NCBI GenBank assembly: GCA_963693365.1
Contig: CAVNZM010000016.1
Coordinates: 2,879,957 to 2,943,956, forward strand
DNA length: 64,000 nucleotides
Origin: Amoebidium appalachense
Taxonomy: Eukaryota; Protista; Ichthyosporea
Direction: 5' to 3'
Shown here: positions 58,970-64,000 of the stretch, in pieces
Numbering within the stretch: the stretch's first letter is position 1
How the letters are laid out: each line of letters begins with the position of its first letter
Notes under the pieces: generated by a model
The model's input: the letters and a program-made list of their open reading frames with translations, nothing else
What the model was told of the DNA's origin: nothing
Databases searched by the model: none
Translations under genes and position numbers: made by a program

Positions 58970-60595
58970 ATGGATCGTACCGGTCGTACCCAATTGCAAC
59001 CACCCACAGACATTGTAGTCACCCCCAGTCAACATGCCTGCGACGTTACAGTGCCCGCAACTATGCGCGTCGACTGCCACAGCCACAGCGCAGATAACAA
59101 CAACACAGCACCCAATAGCGGCACTGCATGCCACACACTCAGTCTCACGACGGACAGCAAGAAGACTAAGCAGAGCACTAGCACGGTGGACCGCACAGAG
59201 TACAAGGATGCACAGACCCTCGACTCTAACTCAGTGTGCGAGTCAGAGGATGCCAGTGCCGTGCCCAGCCGGCGCAATGCCGGCTGGTTTGGCAGCACCA
59301 TGAACCTCATCAACTGCACCATCGGCGCAGGCGTGCTCGGCTTCCCTGCAGGGTTTGCGCTCAGCGGCTGGCTGCTGGGGGTGGTGTTTGTGCTGGCCAT
59401 GGCCGCCATGGCGGGCTTTGGCATGCACCTGCTGGCAAAGTGCGCACACAGAATGGGCGGTGAGCACACGTCCTACGGCGCACTGGCATCACGCACGTGC
59501 GGCAGACTAGCGCCCATCGTGGACTTCATGGTTGTGATGATGTGCTTTGGCACGGGCACGGCCTATCTGATTATCCAGGGCGACCTGCTGCCCGACGTGT
59601 ACCTCTACGCCATTGGCCAGTCTGCATCGGACCACGTGCTGGCCAGCCGCTACTTCTGGATCAGTGCAGGGTTTGTGCTTGTGGCCGTACCCCTACAGTG
59701 CATGAGGAACATCGACAAGCTCAGCTACACCTCGTTGGCCGCCCTGCTGTGTGTGCTCTACGTCATGGTCGTGCTGGTGCTCTTCTACGCCAGCCCCTCC
59801 GCTTCCTTCGACCCCTGCGGCGGCCTGCCCTGTGCCCCCGTGGAGGTTGTGGCAGCCACCGGATCGCTGATGGATGCACTGCGGTCCATGCCTGTGTTTG
59901 TGTTTGCGCTGGCGCCCCACATGAGTGTGTTCCTCATCTACAACGAGATCAAGAGGGCATCGGTGGCCACCATGAACAGCATCCTGCTGCCCACACAGCT
60001 GGTGGTCACCTCCCTGTACGTGGTCTTTGGCCTGTTTGGCTACCTGACCTACGGGCCCAGTGTGTCCAGCAACATCCTCATGAACTACCCCCGCAACATG
60101 TTCACCACCATTGCAAGGGTGGGCATCAGCTTTGTCGTGGCCGTGTCCTACCCCCTCATGATGCACTCGGCTAGAGATGCCCTCGTGCACAGCCTCTGCT
60201 CGCTCTACAAGGGCACTGGGCGGCGTGCATGGGCCGAGGTGGGCAGCAGGCAGCACACCGTCACCTACTGGTCTGCCAATGCACTGCTGCTGGCTGCATC
60301 GTATGTGGTGGCCATGCTGGTCACTGACCTGGGCATAGTGTTCTCGGTGGTGGGGGCCACGGCCGCTAACATGCTTGCATTCATCCTGCCTGGTGTGTGC
60401 TACTGGCGCCTGTTTGTGTGCACACAGAGTGAGAGTGTGCTGGTCGACGATGCGGAGTTGGGCCGGTGTGATGCCGGCCAATCAGATGCGGCAAAGGTCA
60501 CACCACAGGACCAAATTAGGAAGTGGGGCTCGGTGGTGCTGGTGGTGTTTGGAGTCGTCTTTATGCCCGTGTCCCTGGCGCTCATTTTTGTTTAG
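58970..60595 (+). CDS. Amino-acid transporter, AAAP/Aa_trans family (SLC38/AVT5-7-like), intronless, 541 aa
   Basis: STMNLINCTIGAGVLGFPAGFALSGW, SYGAL, MCFGTGTAYLIIQGDLLP, PLQCMRNIDKLSYTS, PVFVFALAPH..VF.IYNE, GLFGYLTYG..VSSNILMNYP, VSYPL, FILPG; about 11 hydrophobic segments. Confidence 0.93.
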   Translation: MDRTGRTQLQPPTDIVVTPSQHACDVTVPATMRVDCHSHSADNNNTAPNSGTACHTLSLTTDSKKTKQSTSTVDRTEYKDAQTLDSNSVCESEDASAVPSRRNAGWFGSTMNLINCTIGAGVLGFPAGFALSGWLLGVVFVLAMAAMAGFGMHLLAKCAHRMGGEHTSYGALASRTCGRLAPIVDFMVVMMCFGTGTAYLIIQGDLLPDVYLYAIGQSASDHVLASRYFWISAGFVLVAVPLQCMRNIDKLSYTSLAALLCVLYVMVVLVLFYASPSASFDPCGGLPCAPVEVVAATGSLMDALRSMPVFVFALAPHMSVFLIYNEIKRASVATMNSILLPTQLVVTSLYVVFGLFGYLTYGPSVSSNILMNYPRNMFTTIARVGISFVVAVSYPLMMHSARDALVHSLCSLYKGTGRRAWAEVGSRQHTVTYWSANALLLAASYVVAMLVTDLGIVFSVVGATAANMLAFILPGVCYWRLFVCTQSESVLVDDAELGRCDAGQSDAAKVTPQDQIRKWGSVVLVVFGVVFMPVSLALIFV

Positions 60596-60774
60596 AGCCC
60601 AGTTCGTAACTTTGCTGCCAAAATGCAATGCTGAAATAATGCTCGTATGTGCTTCAATCAGTCGTAGGTCTAAATTGGATGCTCTCCTTACAGTCTGCAC
60701 GTGAACCCGGTCTTGAAACCGTGGGCATACGATTCTCCTAGGATAACAAGTTGTAATGAATGGGGAGTCCGTCT

Positions 60775-62298
<1,524 letters not shown>

Positions 62299-63756
62299 TG
62301 GATCGGTGGGAGAGTGAGGGAGGGGGAAGGGGGGGGGGGGGGGGGGGGGGGACCTTTTATCACTTTCGTGCTTCCCCCCCCCCCCCCCCCCCCCCCCCCA
62401 CCGCCCCCTCCCCCCTCCACCCCTCCGGCCTCCTCTTCCCACCCCCTCACCCCCCTTCTCTTTCTTCTGTGCCCCCCCTCCCCCCCCTCCCCCCCCCCCC
62501 CCCCCCCCCCCCTCCCCTTCCCCACCGTCACCACCACTACCAACAACAGCAAAAAAAGAAAAATAAAAATAAAAAAATAACGGAATAAAGCAGAGTAGAA
62601 GGACTAAAGGCGTTCTTTTAAAGCCTCGGTTCCTGCTTATTCCTAACCCACCCTCCTGCCATCCCCCTTCTACCCCCCCCCCCCCCCCCTCCCCCCCCCC
62701 CGCCCCCTCCCCCCTCCCCCCGGGGCACACAGCCCTCGCCAGGCTCCCCACATACATAACACACAGTTCTCATTCTTTGGCTCTATCGGATGGTCTGTCT
62801 TTATCGTTCAAACAGCAGCTATGGTCGTGCCTCCCTAGTCACGGCACTCTGGTGGTCTGGCTGGCAGTTCTGCTAGCCCACATGGCCGTGTCCATGTGCA
62901 TGCCTGCATGTGTGCATGCCTGCATGTGTGCATGCCTGCATGTGTGCATGGCATGTGTGTGTGTGCTTGCCCGCATGTGTGCATGGCGTGTCTAGCTACT
63001 AAGCGCGTATGTGCTAGTGAGGAGCATGACTGTGCCCCTTCAGGTAGATGGCATCTGTGCCGTAGCATAGTGACCTCACGGCAGGCAGGCGGATGGTCCA
63101 CACATGTGTGGCTGGCCTGCAGGGTGCACACAGGGTGGAAGGTGCCAGATGGGTGCACTGGGCACTAAGTGGGGCACTGCCTGCATGATATGGAGGGTGT
63201 GCCTATCGGCCATGGGCGGGGCTGCATATGTCTACGCATGTGGGGTCATGGCTACAGGCATGGGCACATGCTTGGGTGTCCCTCCTTTTACTGCCCCATC
63301 ATGGTGCTCCTTTTTAGGGTTAGGGGCAGACGGGCACAAGTAGGGAAGGCAGGGTCACAGGTTGCTATAGGGCAACATGTGCACATGCACCGGCCAACCA
63401 CACAGATAGGCTGTGTGGTACCTATTACACATGAGCTGTGTGGTACCTATTGCACATGGGCTGTGTGGTACCTATTGCACATGGGCTGTGTGGTACCTAT
63501 TGCACATGGGCTGATGGCTGAGTGCCTTTTTCATGCTTGGGGTCATGTGCATGATAAGAATGGGTTTGCCACCACGGCCACACAGTCACCACAGGGCATC
63601 AGCACGATGGTGGTGGATACACACCACTGCCCCCGGGCCTAATAGAAAACACACACCTATACCTGATTGGCCATGGTCTAACATCAGCACACCTGGTTCC
63701 CCACATATCCACATTGGCATATCGACGGGCCCCCTAGGAAACACGCGTATATTATG

Positions 63757-63757
<1 letters not shown>

Positions 63758-63818
<61 letters not shown>

Positions 63819-63836
63819 TTCACAATTTCATGCACT

Positions 63837-63889
<53 letters not shown>

Positions 63890-63949
63890 TGCACAATTTC
63901 ATGCACAGGCACAGGCACAGGCACAGGCACGTGCACAATTTCATGCACT

Positions 63950-63990
<41 letters not shown>

Positions 63991-64000
63991 TGCAAAATTT
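63758..64000. repeat. (GGCACA)n satellite with recurring CACAATTTCATGCAC interruption
   Basis: Seen directly. Confidence 0.9.

Noticed and set aside
59029-60481. Overlapping antisense and alternative-frame ORFs (146-262 aa)
   Set aside because: Shadows of the GC3-rich transporter CDS.

Overview
Eukaryotic genomic DNA, gene-dense and intron-rich. Introns are filled with poly-C/G tracts, (CA)n/(GA)n microsatellites and 20-50 bp minisatellites, so most ORFs in the supplied track are low-complexity artefacts. Reading exons by hand (GT/GC-AG ends, CTRAC branch points, phase continuity) gives: the 3' part of a VDAC porin, COP9 subunit CSN7, an intronless secreted GPI-type protein, casein kinase II beta, a VHS-GAT TOM1-like protein, ALG10 glucosyltransferase and an intronless SLC38/AVT amino-acid transporter. 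The key observation is a complete 17-exon, 506-aa cobyric acid synthase (CobQ/CbiP) with intact P-loop and glutaminase motifs. It lies between ordinary eukaryotic genes, although cobalamin (B12) biosynthesis is classically confined to bacteria and archaea. This points to a domesticated horizontal transfer and possibly a eukaryotic corrinoid synthesis or salvage pathway. The host is probably an opisthokont/holozoan-like protist (inference only). All gene models are manual and have not been checked against transcripts or databases.
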